Made by a program: the position numbers and the translations under genes. From Octopus bimaculoides (taxonomy: Eukaryota): a stretch of 64,000 nucleotides of DNA. Below the pieces are notes generated by a model, which saw nothing but the letters and a program-made list of their open reading frames with translations, had not been told where the DNA came from and ran no database searches. Position 1 is the first letter of the stretch, and each line of letters starts with the position of its first letter. The stretch is taken from contig NC_069003.1 in assembly GCF_001194135.2 (NCBI RefSeq), positions 20,120,049-20,184,048 on the forward strand, given 5' to 3'. Of the stretch, positions 11,131-24,634 are shown one piece after another.

Positions 11131-12054
11131 GCCATAACCTACACCAGTGTCACATAACCAGCCCATTTAAAAAGTACCCTTGAATCGTCGGGTGATATGC
11201 CGTGCTTGAGGAGTCCTATTGAGTCAAGTGAAATCAAAATCAAATCACAATCAAATGGAAATTGTAGTTGTTGCCAATGCCAGTGATGCCTGATTTGCTC
11301 CCATGCTGGTGGCATGCAATAAGCACCATTCATGCATGGATTGTTGCCAGTGCCGCCTGACTGGCTCTCCGTGTCGGTGGCACATGAAAAGCACCATGTG
11401 AACGTGGTAGTGCCAGATGACCAGTTATAGCACTTATATAGTGTACCTATTGGATGAGATCATCAGTGAACTAAACCCCTCATATTCCTTATATATGTAT
11501 GAATGTGTGTTTTCTCCCACCACTGTTTAACAATTGTTGGTTTGTTTGCATCCCTGTAACTGAGTGGTTCAGCAAAAGAGAACCATAGGAATAAGTACTA
11601 GGTTTAAAAAATAAGTGCTGGGGTTGATTTGCTTGACTAAACCCTTCAAAGAAATGCCCCAACATGGCTACAGTCCAGTGACAAAAAAAAAAAATAAAAG
11701 CTAAAAAAATCATAAAGCCCACACATGGTTAAATCAATTGACTTCATAATTTAATTAAAATTTAACAGAAAATCATTGTTGTAATGTACTGATCTCAAAT
11801 TTTAAATTTTAAAATGACCATCATAGTTACTACATTCGCTTGGATGAAGCAGGGTCATTGCTATGTCACTGCAACATGGCAGGACCTATGTAAACTTACA
11901 TTTTTCAGCTATTCACTTTTGATGATGGGGCTTTGTGCCTGACATATATGATGGTTACTTAACTTTCCTATTTTGCATTGTTAAAAGCTTTCCATCTTCA
12001 TTGTTTCTTATTTGAAATTTTAACTTTTATTTTTATTTTAATTCTCTTTTGTAG

Positions 12055-12201
12055 ATGGTTATGTCTATTGGAAGCTACATCTCAAAAGACCATCCACAGA
12101 GGCAGCAGTTTTTAGAAGCAGTTGAGAAATGCTTTGAAAAGCTGCCACAACTTCAGAAAGACTCTCTTCAATTTAATGCTGATTTAAGCAATGAAAAATG
12201 A
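12055..12201 (+). CDS. MYSM1: MYSM1 terminal coding exon (MVMSIGSYISKDHPQRQQFLEAVEKCFEKLPQLQKDSLQFNADLSNEK*)
   Basis: Long polypyrimidine tract plus gtag acceptor ending at 12054; phase 0 matches the preceding exon; TGA at 12199-12201. Resembles the MYSM1 tail (EEFLTEIENLF). Confidence 0.72.
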   Translation: MVMSIGSYISKDHPQRQQFLEAVEKCFEKLPQLQKDSLQFNADLSNEK

Positions 12202-12344
12202 CAGAATAGAATCTAGTCACTAACAATGGCATTCAAACTTATTGCATGTTTTGGAGAAAGAAATTCCATTTAGTTGTTTATTAATGGTTCAATTCAAGCA
12301 AAGTGCACTAATTATTGATTGATAAAATCAATACCAATTTTTAA

Positions 12345-12990
12345 AAGGTACCTTTGTGTTATAGACAGCATCTGTATACTGAAAGGTACCATTGTGCTGG
12401 ATAGTATCTGTATGCTGAAAGGTATTTTGTGCCAGAAGATACTTGTGTCCTGGCTGGTACCTGTGTGCAGGAAGATACCTTTGTGTTGAAAGGGATCTGT
12501 GTGTTGGATGGTATCTGTGTGCTGGAAGGTACCTGTGTGTTAGATAGTACCTGTATGCTGGGAAGTACTTTTGTGTTGGAAGAGATCTGTGTGCTGGAAG
12601 ATACCTTTGTGTTGGAAGGTACCTGTGTGCTGGAAGGTACTTGTGTGCTGGAAGGTACTTGTGTGCTGGAAGGTACCTTTGTGTTGGAAGGTACCTGTGT
12701 GCTGGAAGGTACTTGTTTGCTAGAAGGTACTTGTGTGCTGGAAGGTACTTGTTTGTTGGAAGGTACCTGTGTGCTGGAAGGTACCTGTGTGCTGAAAGGT
12801 ACCTGTGGTGTGCTGGAAGGTACCTGTGGTGTGCTGGAAGGTACCTGTGTGCTGGAAGGTCCCTGTGTTGGAAGGGATCTGTGTGTTGGATGGTGTCTGT
12901 GTTCTGGAAGGTACCTGGATGCTGGAAATACCTTTGAGATGAAAGGTACCTTAGTGGTGGAAGGTACCTTTGTGCTGGGAGGTACCTATG
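12345..12990 (+). repeat. 18-bp minisatellite (consensus ggaaggtacctgtgtgct), about 30 degenerate copies, downstream of the MYSM1 stop
   Basis: Visible tandem array with a GGTACC core; translates as (LEGTCV)n in one frame. A short related array lies at about 10260-10360. Confidence 0.9.
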
Positions 12991-13449
12991 ACTTTCTCTG
13001 GGCCCCTCTGTTCAAGTCAGGTCATGGTATACAGCTAGGTTTTAATTCTCATCAATTAAGAGACTATTTGATATCCTGGGTGTTATTGTTAGGCTAGTAG
13101 CCATTTTGCTTTGCTGTAAGGACTACTACATTAGTTCAACTGTATTCAAGGACATTGGTGGTTGCGGGTTTATCCAAAAGATAAAAAAAAAGGAGAGTGA
13201 TTAAAATTAAACTAAAACCCTGTGAGATTGCCAGCCAGAAACTTAAGGCACTGGAGTTTTGAGATCTGTGAAGCAGTTTAGACTCAGTGATAAAGAGTTT
13301 ATAAAATACTTAGAAAAATGATGTAAGTCTCTCATTTCAAGGCAGCAAATCTATCTGTCTATTTATCAATATGTCTGTCTATTTATCTGTTTACCTTTCT
13401 GTCCATTTGTCTGTCTGTTTGTTTGTCTATCTATCTTTCTAGATTATCA

Positions 13450-14640
13450 TATAGCAAACTTTTATGACCACAATGACCAAAAAGGAATCTATAGAAAATC
13501 TCATCGATAAAACCTATTCCTTTATACATCGCAGAGAAGAAGAAAGGATAAACAACACTACAAATTGATGAGGAAATGCAGCATCTAGTTAAAACTCAGA
13601 AATACTCACCGTCAAATCTGGAACTGGTTAGATTCAAGGATGATCTTTGGAGTATAGATAAGGACATCAAATTCTGCAAATTCCCTCTGAGGAGGAACCA
13701 ACACCTTAGGAAACTACACACACTAGTGAAGGAACTCAAAAACAAAAAATTATTTAAGTTCTTCACAGGCAGCAGGCTATCCATCTCTATAGAGGACAAA
13801 CATACCATAGTCAACTTCTTCAATGTTGCACTGGATCTGAGCACCAGCTTATTCAAACCATATCACAAACCTAATGACAACCTTAAGTACACAAACTTCA
13901 GTGGTAATCACCTCAAGTGAATAACTCAATCCATAGTCAAAAACATTTCCACTCATTTATCTAGACTGTTAGCTAATGAAGAGATATTTAAATTAAACGA
14001 GAAATACTATAACAACACAATAGAAGAAGCAAGGATACAAAGATAAAGATAAGGTAACCCAATAGGTAACAAATTACAGCCAAAAGAATAACCACAACAA
14101 TCCAATGAACCCCCATAAGAGGATTGAGAAAACAATAAGAAAAGAGAGGGATAAATTCAAAGGATACAACCAAAAAATGTGCAGCTCAAAAAGCAGTAAT
14201 AAAGGGGACATGAATGAATCTTGGATGGAACTCCTAAGTAAAAGTAACGGTAAAAGTAATACTAAGCTGAGCATTAGAAATGCACAAAACTACCCAGATG
14301 TATATATACAGAGAACACTACCAAGAAATACGTTAACATTAGCTTCACTCTGGGAACAGCCACTACGGAAGAAGGAAAGGTCTAACATTATCAACTACAC
14401 TGCACATAATGGAACTGCCCAAGATAATAGGAATTCCAGGACTACTTTATGGTACAATTCTGTATTCAGGAAACAAATATTTTCCAACATTCCTAAGCTG
14501 TTCTACAGTGCGATTGAGAAACACTTCCTCAAGTGAAACAAATACCATAGAATATTCAATAGGCATAATGTCCACCTTGCATCTTCCTTTAGCCAAAACT
14601 TAGTGCAAATCATAGCAGCACACAACATGAAAAGACTATC
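13450..14640 (+). mobile_element. Decayed Penelope-like RT/C-terminal fragment
   Basis: LDLSTSLFKPYHKPNDNLKY...NH...IVKNISTHLSRL...LWYNSVF...IEKHF...YHRIFNRHNV resemble Penelope RT/thumb motifs; multiple stops and frameshifts. Confidence 0.65.
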
Positions 14641-15120
14641 TTTCTTTTAAATGACCAATGACAATAGTAGACTAGACAGGAGAAACAACCCTAATAATGA
14701 GAATATAGGTGAGAGTAACCCAAGTAAAAGAACCGGAACAATAACCAGAGAGACTCAAGTACTAACACCACACAAACACTCAATGTTGAGGAGAATAGCT
14801 ATATAGGATGGGCCAGTAATTCAGGGGAGACAACTACAATACAAGCCTCTACCACCACCGGACAGGGTAGGGGAATTGCTAGAAATAACAGCACACAAAA
14901 GCCATATGGATAAAAAGTATAGAAAAAATAGTAGATCGATAATAAAGAAAACAGCAGAGACATATAGTAGGAACACCATAAATAGTGGGAACAGTGAGTT
15001 AAGTGTCTGTGATTGTCCTGGGGATAAAATCTGCTCCTTAGAATCTAAATGTTTAACAGAGAACCTAGTAATAATACATTTCTAAATCTCTCAGAGAGAT
15101 TTATGGAGTAGCAGCATGTT

Positions 15121-15430
15121 AAAGTGATAGCATGTTGTCAACTTAATGTGACAGTCCAATGAAAGGGAAGAATGCTACTGTTATTTAGCCCTAGGAGAAA
15201 CCGTTTCCTGTTGGACTTGACATATTTCCTGCATCCAGAGCAATGATTCTGAAACTAGTCTCTGGATGCTGGCTTTGCTGGGCAGAGATGCTTATCTTCA
15301 CTTTGAAAGCATAAGGACACAGGAAATGTGTCAAGTCCAACAGGAAACGGTATTTCTTAGGGCTAAATAACAGTAGCATTCTTCCCTTTCATTGGACTGT
15401 CACATTAAGTTGACAACATACTATCACTTT
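15121..15430. mobile_element. About 310-bp MITE with about 105-bp near-perfect TIRs
   Basis: aaagtgatagcatgttgtcaacttaatgtgacagtcc... is mirrored by ...ggactgtcacattaagttgacaacatactatcacttt. Confidence 0.8.
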
Positions 15431-16807
15431 GAAGAACCTAGTGTATTGATGTAAGATCATATCTGAAGGAAGGACATACTTTTACATAGGGGTGACTCAC
15501 TAATTTCGAAAGACAACCCAGCAGATCATTTAATGATAGGAATAAGATGAACAACATGAGCTTAAACAGACTAATCTGGTTCCTCAAAGATAAGAATGAT
15601 ATATTTACTACAGATAGGGAAATAATCAGTGTGGCTAAACTGTATAGAACAGGGGAGAAACAGATGCGAATTATGTATAGAAGAAAGGTACCAAATCTTT
15701 GCATCAGGACACCAATTACTTAATAGTAGACTAGAACAGGCCTTAAGATACACAAACATCACAGAACTTTTGAGAAATTTCAAACATGTACTGAGTAACT
15801 TAGTATCTCATGCACCAAGGGGAGGTGATGAAGGGTAGAGATTCATGTCCAGAACTCCTCAACTTCAAATCCTCATCCCAACAAACCTAGTATATGTTCT
15901 TTTTTCTTTCCCTTATCTACCATAATAAATACCACAGCTACGGAAATTTTGCAGTAACTAATAACTTGACATGGAAATGCACCACCCTAAAATATATTTT
16001 CATCATCATCATCATCGTTTAACATCCGCTTTCCATGCTAGCATGGGTTGGACGATTTGACTGAGGACTGGTGAAACCAGATGGCTACACCAGGCTCCAA
16101 TCTGATTTGGCAGAATTTCTACAGCTGGATGCCCTTCCTAATGCCAACCACTCCAAGGGTGTAGTGGGTGCTTTTATGTGCCACTGGCATGAAGGCCAGT
16201 CAGGCGTAGAACTAATTACTTGCAACTAAGCATATTAAGAACCATATCCTACATTATAAGAAATAAGCCTGCTAATATGATAAAATACAATTTGACCTAA
16301 TTAGATAGTATTCCAACTTCAACCAGAAAACTGGTGTGAAGCTGAGGTGAACACTAGAATCTACAACCATATCAGATTTCAGATTCAAAATAGCTTCTCC
16401 CCTCACTTCCTTCTGAATCCTAACCACTAAAAAATAAGTGAATTCAGTCCTCTTTGAGCCAAGCTGGTTGAAAGACACTGAACAAAGCTACACAAATAAT
16501 TATGCCTTGGTGCATAAGCAACTGCACGTGCCCTGTGCAGCAGAAACATATAGGTTGCCGTAACAATAAAAATATGTGGTAAGACAAACTGTAAAGTAAA
16601 AGATATATTTTGAGGATGTACCAGTCTCTGTATTCCTTATCATTATAATCATTGTATATATATATATATATTTTACGATGAAAGTAAACAAAGTTTGTTT
16701 TTTTGTTTTGTTTTTTAGAAGCGTTGAGATGTATTGTAAGATACAGAAATAGATTTATTTCTCAAACGTGTGAAAATGCTATAAATAGAGTGATCAGGAT
16801 AAATTAT

Positions 16808-16846
<39 letters not shown>

Positions 16847-16932
16847 ATACTGTGAAACTTAATTTTATTTTAATTTTTAATAAATTGATTTTAATTGAGT
16901 TTTTACCTGTAATTTTGGATTTTTACCCCTAA

Positions 16933-16992
<60 letters not shown>

Positions 16993-18539
16993 ATGTCTGT
17001 CTGTCTAGTTATATGTTAATCTGTCTATCTATCTACCTCCTTATCTGTCTATCAGTTTCTCTCTAATCTCTCGTACACACATGCACAGAAGGAAAATAAA
17101 TATTTGAATATTGCCCAACCCTTACTAGCATGGAAAAACACATGAAACAAAAGTGTGAGTGCATGTTTGTATGAATATTCATACCATAATGTGCTGCACC
17201 AGTAATTATGGGCTATGAAATCCTGGGGAAAATATCATTCATGTATGATGTGCACTGATGTTTCCTTTAGTATTATGATGCAGTTGAAAAAGAAATTTTT
17301 AGTCAGATTTATTATAATTGCTGTCTAAATGACATTGAAGGAATTAATGCATTTTAAGCAAAACAAAAAGCAAATTTGAAAGTGACCTTTTGAATTTTAC
17401 CGGTGTAGGCTGTAAAAGTGTACCTTCTGTAAAGTAAACACAGTGAAAAAAAATACAATATTTCTCTTCATTTTTCAATTCTTTTTTGTTTAATCAGAAT
17501 TTTAATAAAATGAAACATGACCTTTTAAATTTTCAGGAAGTGTAAAAACATTTGAAACCACTCCATCAAGTTTGATGGCATAAAAAGAATGGACACATTA
17601 AGGCAAAAAAAAAAGGTTTTAGTTCATTAAAGTTTATGGGACACCCAACTTCACATATAGGACCCAGGACAATTTTTTGAGATAGTTATTTCTGGAAAGA
17701 AAAGTGTGTCTTATATGGCATGTGTGTGTGTGTGTGTATGTATAACTATATATATATGTGTGTGTATGTTTATATTTATGTATATATAGCTATATATATA
17801 GAATGACCAGATGAGATGGAGAGAATCTCTATAGAAAACACTTAGTAGCGCTCAAATGCTTGGACTTACATTCCAATATCTTTACTGAGGACCCAAGTCA
17901 ACAGGATAAAGAGTGGCTATAAAGGGAACCCAAGTGAGCTGATATGGAGACAGTGATTCCATTCCAATAAAGAGATGAAACTTCGGGTTTCAATGTACAA
18001 AATATATAGACATGTATATGTGTAAAAAATGAAGGAAGACTTAAAATTTTCAGGTAATTAACAATCAAGTATATATATATATATATATATATATATCATC
18101 ATCATCATCATTGTTTAACATCTGCTTTCCATGCTGGCATGGGTTGGATGATTTGACTGAGGGCTGGCAAACCAGAAGTCTGCACCGGGCTCCAATCTGA
18201 TCTGGCAAAGTTTCTACAGCTGGATGCCCTTCCTAATGCCAACCACTCCAAGAGTGTAGTGGGGGCTTTTTATGTGCTACAGGCATGAGTGTCAGTCAGG
18301 CTGTACTGGTATCGACCATGCTTGAATGGTGCTTTTTACGTGCCACTGGCATGGGTGCCAATCAAGCGGTACTGTCATCGGCCACAACAATGACTTTGCT
18401 TGACTCAACAGGTCTTTGCAACTTCAGTTTATTGCCCAATGATTGAAGGGTACTCTTAAATGGACTGGTTATGCTGCACTGGCATAGGCCACGGTTACAG
18501 TCTCACTTGGCTTGCTGGTCTGACATTACACATCCAGCG

Positions 18540-18840
18540 GAGCAAACTAGCTTCGTTCTTTGCAAGCTTACTCATGTCCTCAGCAGTCATGGCCCATGTT
18601 TCACTGCCATGTAGCATGGCTGTTCGCACACATATCATACAGTCTACCTTTTACTCTGAGCGAGAGGCCCTTTGTCTTCAGCAAATAGCTCGCTGAACTT
18701 TGCCCAGGCTATTCTTATTCTAGAAGCTACACTCTCAGAGCATCCACCCCCACTACTGACTTGGTCACCTAGGTAATGGAAGCTATCAACTACTTGTAGT
18801 TTTTCCCTCTGGCATGTGACAGAAGCTGTTTTCTGCACAT
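18540..18840 (-). mobile_element. RTE LINE RT fragment
   Basis: EKLQVVDSFHYLGDQVSSGGGCSESVASRIRIAWAKFSEL. Confidence 0.7.
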
Positions 18841-18859
18841 TTTCAGATTTTCAGTGTTT

Positions 18860-19060
18860 ATTGCCCCAGAGCATTTGCCACAATGGTTTCCCTTCATGAC
18901 AGAATTAATAGTCAAGACTATTTAAGCATTTTATCTGATCAGATTCATCCTATGGTTGCAGAACTTTTTCCGGAGGGAAATACAATCTTTCAGGATGATA
19001 ATGCACCAACTCACACCGCTAAATTTGTTACTGAATGGCACGAGGAACATTCCAACCACT
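18860..19060 (+). mobile_element. Tc1 transposase fragment
   Basis: YLSILSDQIHPMVAELFPEGNTIFQDDNAPTHTAK (Tc1 QDNAP motif). Confidence 0.75.
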
Positions 19061-19524
19061 TTACAGAGTGTACTGGGTGCTTATACGTAGCATTGGCATG
19101 GGTGTTTTTTACATGGCACCACCACCTATGAGTCCACAAGATTAGGAATGCTCAGCTGGAGAGGGTTGCAGGAGATGAACCTGTATGCAAGGGCAACCAC
19201 TGGCATAAAAGAGATATGGACATATGAGGTGCATTCCAAATTCAGCAGCAGGTGTTCTTGAGCAAAGCACTTCGTTTCATGTTGCTTTGCAATCATTTCG
19301 ACATCTGACATGTTGCACCTGTACAAGTGATGTCGATCTGATGGAGGGAGTGAGCTTATGTGTATACAAATATTTGATCACTATAAACAAATCATCTGTT
19401 TGGTTGTTTGGTAAGAAATTGTCGAACCCACATACATCGTCTAACGATTTTTCTGCATTATATGGATAATTCATCCTGATCACGCTATTTATAGCATTAT
19501 CATGCGTTTGAGAAATAAATTTAT

Positions 19525-19565
<41 letters not shown>

Positions 19566-19569
19566 CATA

Positions 19570-19718
19570 GGTGCAGGAGTGGCTGTGTGGTAAGTAGCTT
19601 GCTTACCAACCACGTGGTTCTGGGTTCACCTTGGGCAAGTGTCTTCTACTATAGCCTCAGGCCGACCAAAGCCTTGTGAGTGGATTTGGTAGACAGAAAC
19701 TGAAAGAAGCCTGTCGTA

Positions 19719-19757
<39 letters not shown>

Positions 19758-19970
19758 TGTGTGTGTATATGTTTATGTGTCTGTGTTTGTCCCCCCAACA
19801 TCGCTTGACAACTGATGCTGGTGTGTTTACGTCCCCGTAACTTAGCAGTTCGGCAAAGTGATCGATAGAATAAGTACTAGGCTTACAAAGAATAAGTCCT
19901 AGGGTCGATTTACTCGACTAAGGCGGTGCTCCAGCATGGCCACAGTCAAATGACTGAAACAAGTAAAAGA
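19570..19970 (+). mobile_element. tRNA-derived SINE with central microsatellite (representative; related copies at about 2620-2990, 26840-27230, 61560-61780)
   Basis: Recurrent head ggagtggctgtgtggtaag...gggttca and tail ...agtactgggctcgat...gactgaaacaagtaaaag. Confidence 0.7.
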
Positions 19971-20612
19971 GATATATAGACATACTTTGTTACATATATA
20001 AGTAGATGTATACATATGTAAATATATATGTGTGTGTGTGTATGTACTCTTACTAGTTTCAGCTTGAGGGCTGAGGTCATGCAGGGGTCATATATCCATG
20101 TACCTATCTATCTATATATTTCTGTCTATATATACATACACACATATATTATATCTCTTTGTGTTTGTTTCCTACCACTGCTTGACAATCAGTGTTGATT
20201 TGTTTATGGCCCGGTAACTTTGTGGCTCAGCAAAAAATACTGATAGGATAAGTACCAGACTTAAATAGAAAAATAAATACTGGGGCCAAATTGTTTGACT
20301 AAAACCTTCAAGATTGATTTATTTCAATGTATTTTCCCTTTTCTTGCTGCATGACAAAATCATCATAAAACAATTGAAGCCAGTTGCATATTTCAACGAA
20401 AATGTAAATATTTTCTCTCTTCTCGTTAAGATAAAGTTCTCAAAGCAGTTTTTTTTTTAAATATAAATTTATTCATATGAAACCACTTAACCCCTTTTAT
20501 ATATGAAGATAAATATTAAAGTAGAAGAGTTTACATGAAGCATTGTCTGATATAGATAAATGTTTTTAAATTTTTTAAAAAGACAAAACGACATGAATTA
20601 TAAAAAATAATA

Positions 20613-21902
20613 CCAGGTTGAGTAAAAAGTAAGCACCGTTTTGAACCATGAAGAATTTGTACTGGATTTTTGCAGAATTTTGAATTATTTAAAAAATTGT
20701 TTTGCAATTGTCTGATAATATATAGACTTGCCCAAATGCATCAATAAATTAACATTGATATTTTTTCACCGTTGTTACAATCATCTGAAATGGAACTGTC
20801 GAAGCACGATATTCGAGCAATTTTGCTATTCAACTTCTAAAAAGGATGTAAAGCAGCTGAAACTGCTCATGATATCAACGAAACGTTTGGTAAGAAAATG
20901 ACCAGTGAGTGGTCAGCTTGAAAATGGTTTAAACGATTTTGCAGTGGCGACCTGAGCCTTGAAGAGCATGAGCGTAGTGGACACCCTTCTGTCATCAATG
21001 ACAGTCAATTAAAAACTGTTACTGAGGAAGATCCACATAAAACCACGCAAGGACTGGCAAAAGAACTTCAAGTTAGCCAGAAAACTGCCTGCAACCATTT
21101 GTGTGCGATTGAAAAATCAGAAAAGCTCAACAAATGGATACCACACGATTTGAATGAAAATCAGAAAATGCACAGATATGAAATTTGCTTGTCACTTCTT
21201 CTCCATAACTTCTCGACTTGCTCATCACTTCTTGGCCGTATTGTAACTTGTGATGAAAAGTGGACTCTGTACAATAATAAAAAATGTTCTTTGCAGTAGT
21301 TGGACCAAAATGAAGCATCGAAAACCTTCCCTAAACCTGAGCTCTTCAAAGAGAAGGTTATGGTGACTGTTTGGTGGTGTACTGCTAGACTCATGCACTA
21401 TAACCTCTTAAAACCTGGAAAAACCATTACTGCAAAAACATATTGCCATGAAATTGCCAAAATGAATGAAAAACTGCCACTCCTCCATCCCAGACTGGTC
21501 AACAGAAGAGAACCAATTGTTCTTCATGCCAATGCTCAGCCACACATTTCACTAATGACACTTCAGAAGTTGAGGGAACTTGGCTACAAAGTTCTTCCCC
21601 ACCCAGCTTATTCCCCAGACCTTTCTCCTACTGACTACCACTTTTCCAAGCACCTTGATGGTTTCCTGTGAAAGAAGGAGTTCAAAAATCAAACCAATGC
21701 TGAAAGTGCATTCAAAGAGTTCATCAGCTCCAGAACTCCAGATTTTTATTTATGTTACCGGAATAAACAAACATGTAACTCATTAGCAAAAATGTGTTGA
21801 TTGTAATGGTAGTTACTTTGATGAATAACATTTCCGCATTGTTGAAATATATTGTGATGAATTTCGTGTTTCAAAACATTGCTTACTTTTTATTCAACCT
21901 GA
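20613..21902 (+). mobile_element. Full-length (1290 bp) decayed mariner element
   Basis: TA|ccaggttgagtaaaaagtaagc...gcttactttttattcaacctga|TA. WIPHDL, IVTCDEKW and YSPDLSPTDY motifs, with internal stops. Confidence 0.92.
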
Positions 21903-22659
21903 TACAAGCCAATGGTTTGTGTTATGATATTTTGGGGTTAGGAATTCTTCATCGGGAAATCATCAGAGATTTAGTGTTGTAAGCTGGCTTTTTTCTGTTC
22001 TGTAGTGTATCTATGGAGGCTTGCTTTGCATTGCTATCATAGTCAATCAGCTGTGTGAAGCTCGATTCTGTTAATAGATGGACCAAAATAACAACCCTCT
22101 TGATAAAAAAAAGAAGCTAATTATATTTAATTTACCCCATATTGTAGTTTCAAGATCTGAGATAATCTTTTGAAAATAAATAATGACGTCACAGTATTTA
22201 TTGTCTTAACATCCCTTTGAAACTTGTTGCATTTACTTTTATTTCATAAGTAGTGGATACAGTAATGATAACTGTTTCAGTTTTATAATTACTTACACCA
22301 AAACTGTATTCAAAAGGATTCTCCATCAGCATCATCATCATCGTTGTCTTTAATGTTCCATGCTTGCATAGATCAGGTGGATTTTATTGAAGCAGGTTTG
22401 TCTATTGCTGGATGTTATTCTTGTGGCCAACCCTCACCTGTTTCGAAGCATGACATGATATGTTTTCATGGAACATCACTTGGCATTTATGATGGTGATG
22501 CTTGTTTATAATTATTGCTTATAATCCATGATGTCAAGATAAGGACACACACACACACACACACAAATATATATGTACCATATATGTACGTATGTGTGTG
22601 TGTGTGTGTATGCATACATGTATGTATATATTTATATGTCTATATAAATACACACATAT

Positions 22660-23395
22660 GTGGGTGGGCTGAAAAGTTCATAGGCTTACCATGAAGGAGT
22701 GATACTAGAGCTGTGAAATCTTGCATGTATTAATTTTAACCCCTTTTTATTAATAACTGCATTGTTTCTCTCCAGGTAAACTGACATCTCACTGTTCAAA
22801 GAAGGCTTCAAAAGTAACTAGTTGTGATTTCTCTTGAAATGGGGAAAATTTGGCACCATGGTGTTATCAAGTATCTGCAGAAAAAGGGTTTAGTCCTAAG
22901 GACATTAATGCTGACATGGTTGCTACATTAGGGGATGACACCCCAGCTTTATCAACAGCGCAAAAGTGAGCAGTTGCATTTAGGAGAGGAAAAGAGGGTC
23001 TTGAAGATGACCCAAGGTCTGGATGTCCTGCAGCAGCTACCATCAAGGAAAATATTGATTGTGTTCACCACACAGTGATGAATGACAGGCAATTGAATAT
23101 AAATCGAATAGCCAATGTTAATATATCTTGTGTGAAAGTTGAGAATATTCTTCACAATTAACTTGGCATGACGAAGGTTTCTGTTTGGTGGGTGCCATGT
23201 CTTCTGACAGCTGATGAAAAGTGCACCAGGCTGATCACATCAGGGGAAAATCTGACATTGTTTGAGGTAGATCCAGATAGTTTCCTTGAATGTTTCCTCT
23301 GCCAATGGCTTCATCGCTTAGAGCCAGACAGAAAGAGACCATACACATACATGGTCACATTCCATGAGAGTATCTTGGTCAGCCTATGAACTTTT
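22660..23395 (+). mobile_element. Internally deleted decayed mariner (sister of 25483-26737)
   Basis: TIR gggctgaaaagttcataggc...gcctatgaactttt; KVSVWWVPCLLT motif; roughly 90% similar to the 25483 copy. Confidence 0.85.
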
Positions 23396-24311
23396 GTGTG
23401 TATTCATTGTGAGCAACCAAAGCAGTATTAGTTCAAAGTAGCAATTTGTGTATTGTATTTAAAGCAGATACTTTTAGAAGCCTGCTAAACTGCAGTATCT
23501 ATCTTTGAGATAGCATCTCTTACAGACGTATAGTGTTGAAAAAAAAACCCATAGAAATATATTACCAATAGCAGACAAAATTCATCCAGCAGCAAGACAA
23601 ATAACATTGTGCTCAGATGATAACTTCATAAATGAACAAAGAAAACATTGCAACAATTCCAAACTGAAGTGCAAAATGGAAAACTGTAACTTCAACTGTC
23701 CACAATGCAAAATGAACCATCTGTACCACAGTAAGCATGCTCAGGTGAAAAGAGTAAATCCACAACACTGAGTTGATGTATATCTAATGTCTCTTGATAA
23801 AGTGCCTCCCGATGAATCAACATAAGCTTAAATAATAAACAATGTGGGAGGGAAAAACATCACATGATAGAATCATGCGCATTGATTGGATGATACTTAA
23901 TAAACAATGTTTTGTGTCATGACAATTAGAGTTGTCTCAGTAAATACATATTTCTGCTTCTTTGGACTTTGTCAATAGTGAGTTTTCATCAGCAACCACA
24001 TGCAGAGACAAAACCAGCCTCTACTGATATAGCAAAACAATGTTGCAATTAACCATCGAAAAATATGTCCTGATTAAGGGAAAATGTCATGTTGCTTGTG
24101 AACAGATCAGGGGTGGTGACAGGAAGATCTTTCTACCATAAGTCTGTCTTGACAAATTTCATTTGATTCATACAAGCATGGAAAAGTAGATGTGCAAGCA
24201 GTGATAACAATACTGACGATGATGGTGGTGATGGTGGTGTGGTGGTAATGATGATGTTCATGATGGTGGTGTTGGTGGGTGTTTAAATTACTAACATGAC
24301 TCTGATAGGAT

Positions 24312-24634
24312 TTAATCATTACATTGTTTCCTGTAATCCCATTCTTTTATCCTTTTCCACCATCCCCACCAGTTACTCTGTAGGGGCATGTTGTTGACCA
24401 GATTCAAATATTCATCACGTGTTTTATTAAAATGCCATTCTTCCAAGCAGGCATATGGTAAGTTTCTATAGAATTTGTTTGCAAACAGATATTTTTCTAA
24501 AGTAATTCGTTTGAGGTCTTGAAGTCCAAAAACACATACAGCACGTCTATAAGATCCGTAACATATATTTTTGTCTTTATTTTCTGTTTGCCAAACAACA
24601 TGTTTTGCCAGTTTGTAAATCTGAGAATATGAAC
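24312..24634 (-). CDS. GCNT-family terminal exon 3b (distal paralog): SYSQIYKLAKHVVWQTENKDKNICYGSYRRAVCVFGLQDLKRITLEKYLFANKFYRNLPYACLEEWHFNKTRDEYLNLVNNMPLQSNWWGWWKRIKEWDYRKQCND*
   Basis: tttattccag acceptor, same phase 1; open frame to TAA; all GT14 C-terminal motifs retained. Whether it is used is unproven without RNA data. Confidence 0.8.

Noticed and set aside
15820-15865. gaggTGATGAagggta...tgtccAGAACtcctc, a hammerhead-like remnant next to Penelope fragments
   Set aside because: Core nucleotides are mutated (no CUGA, no GAAA); too degenerate to call.
12202-24300. Search for further GCNT exon 3 copies or a second exon 1/2
   Set aside because: I saw no additional FANKF, PDE or PHNIT-type segments on the - strand by eye. 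Very decayed copies, or copies in gaps, cannot be excluded without tBLASTn.
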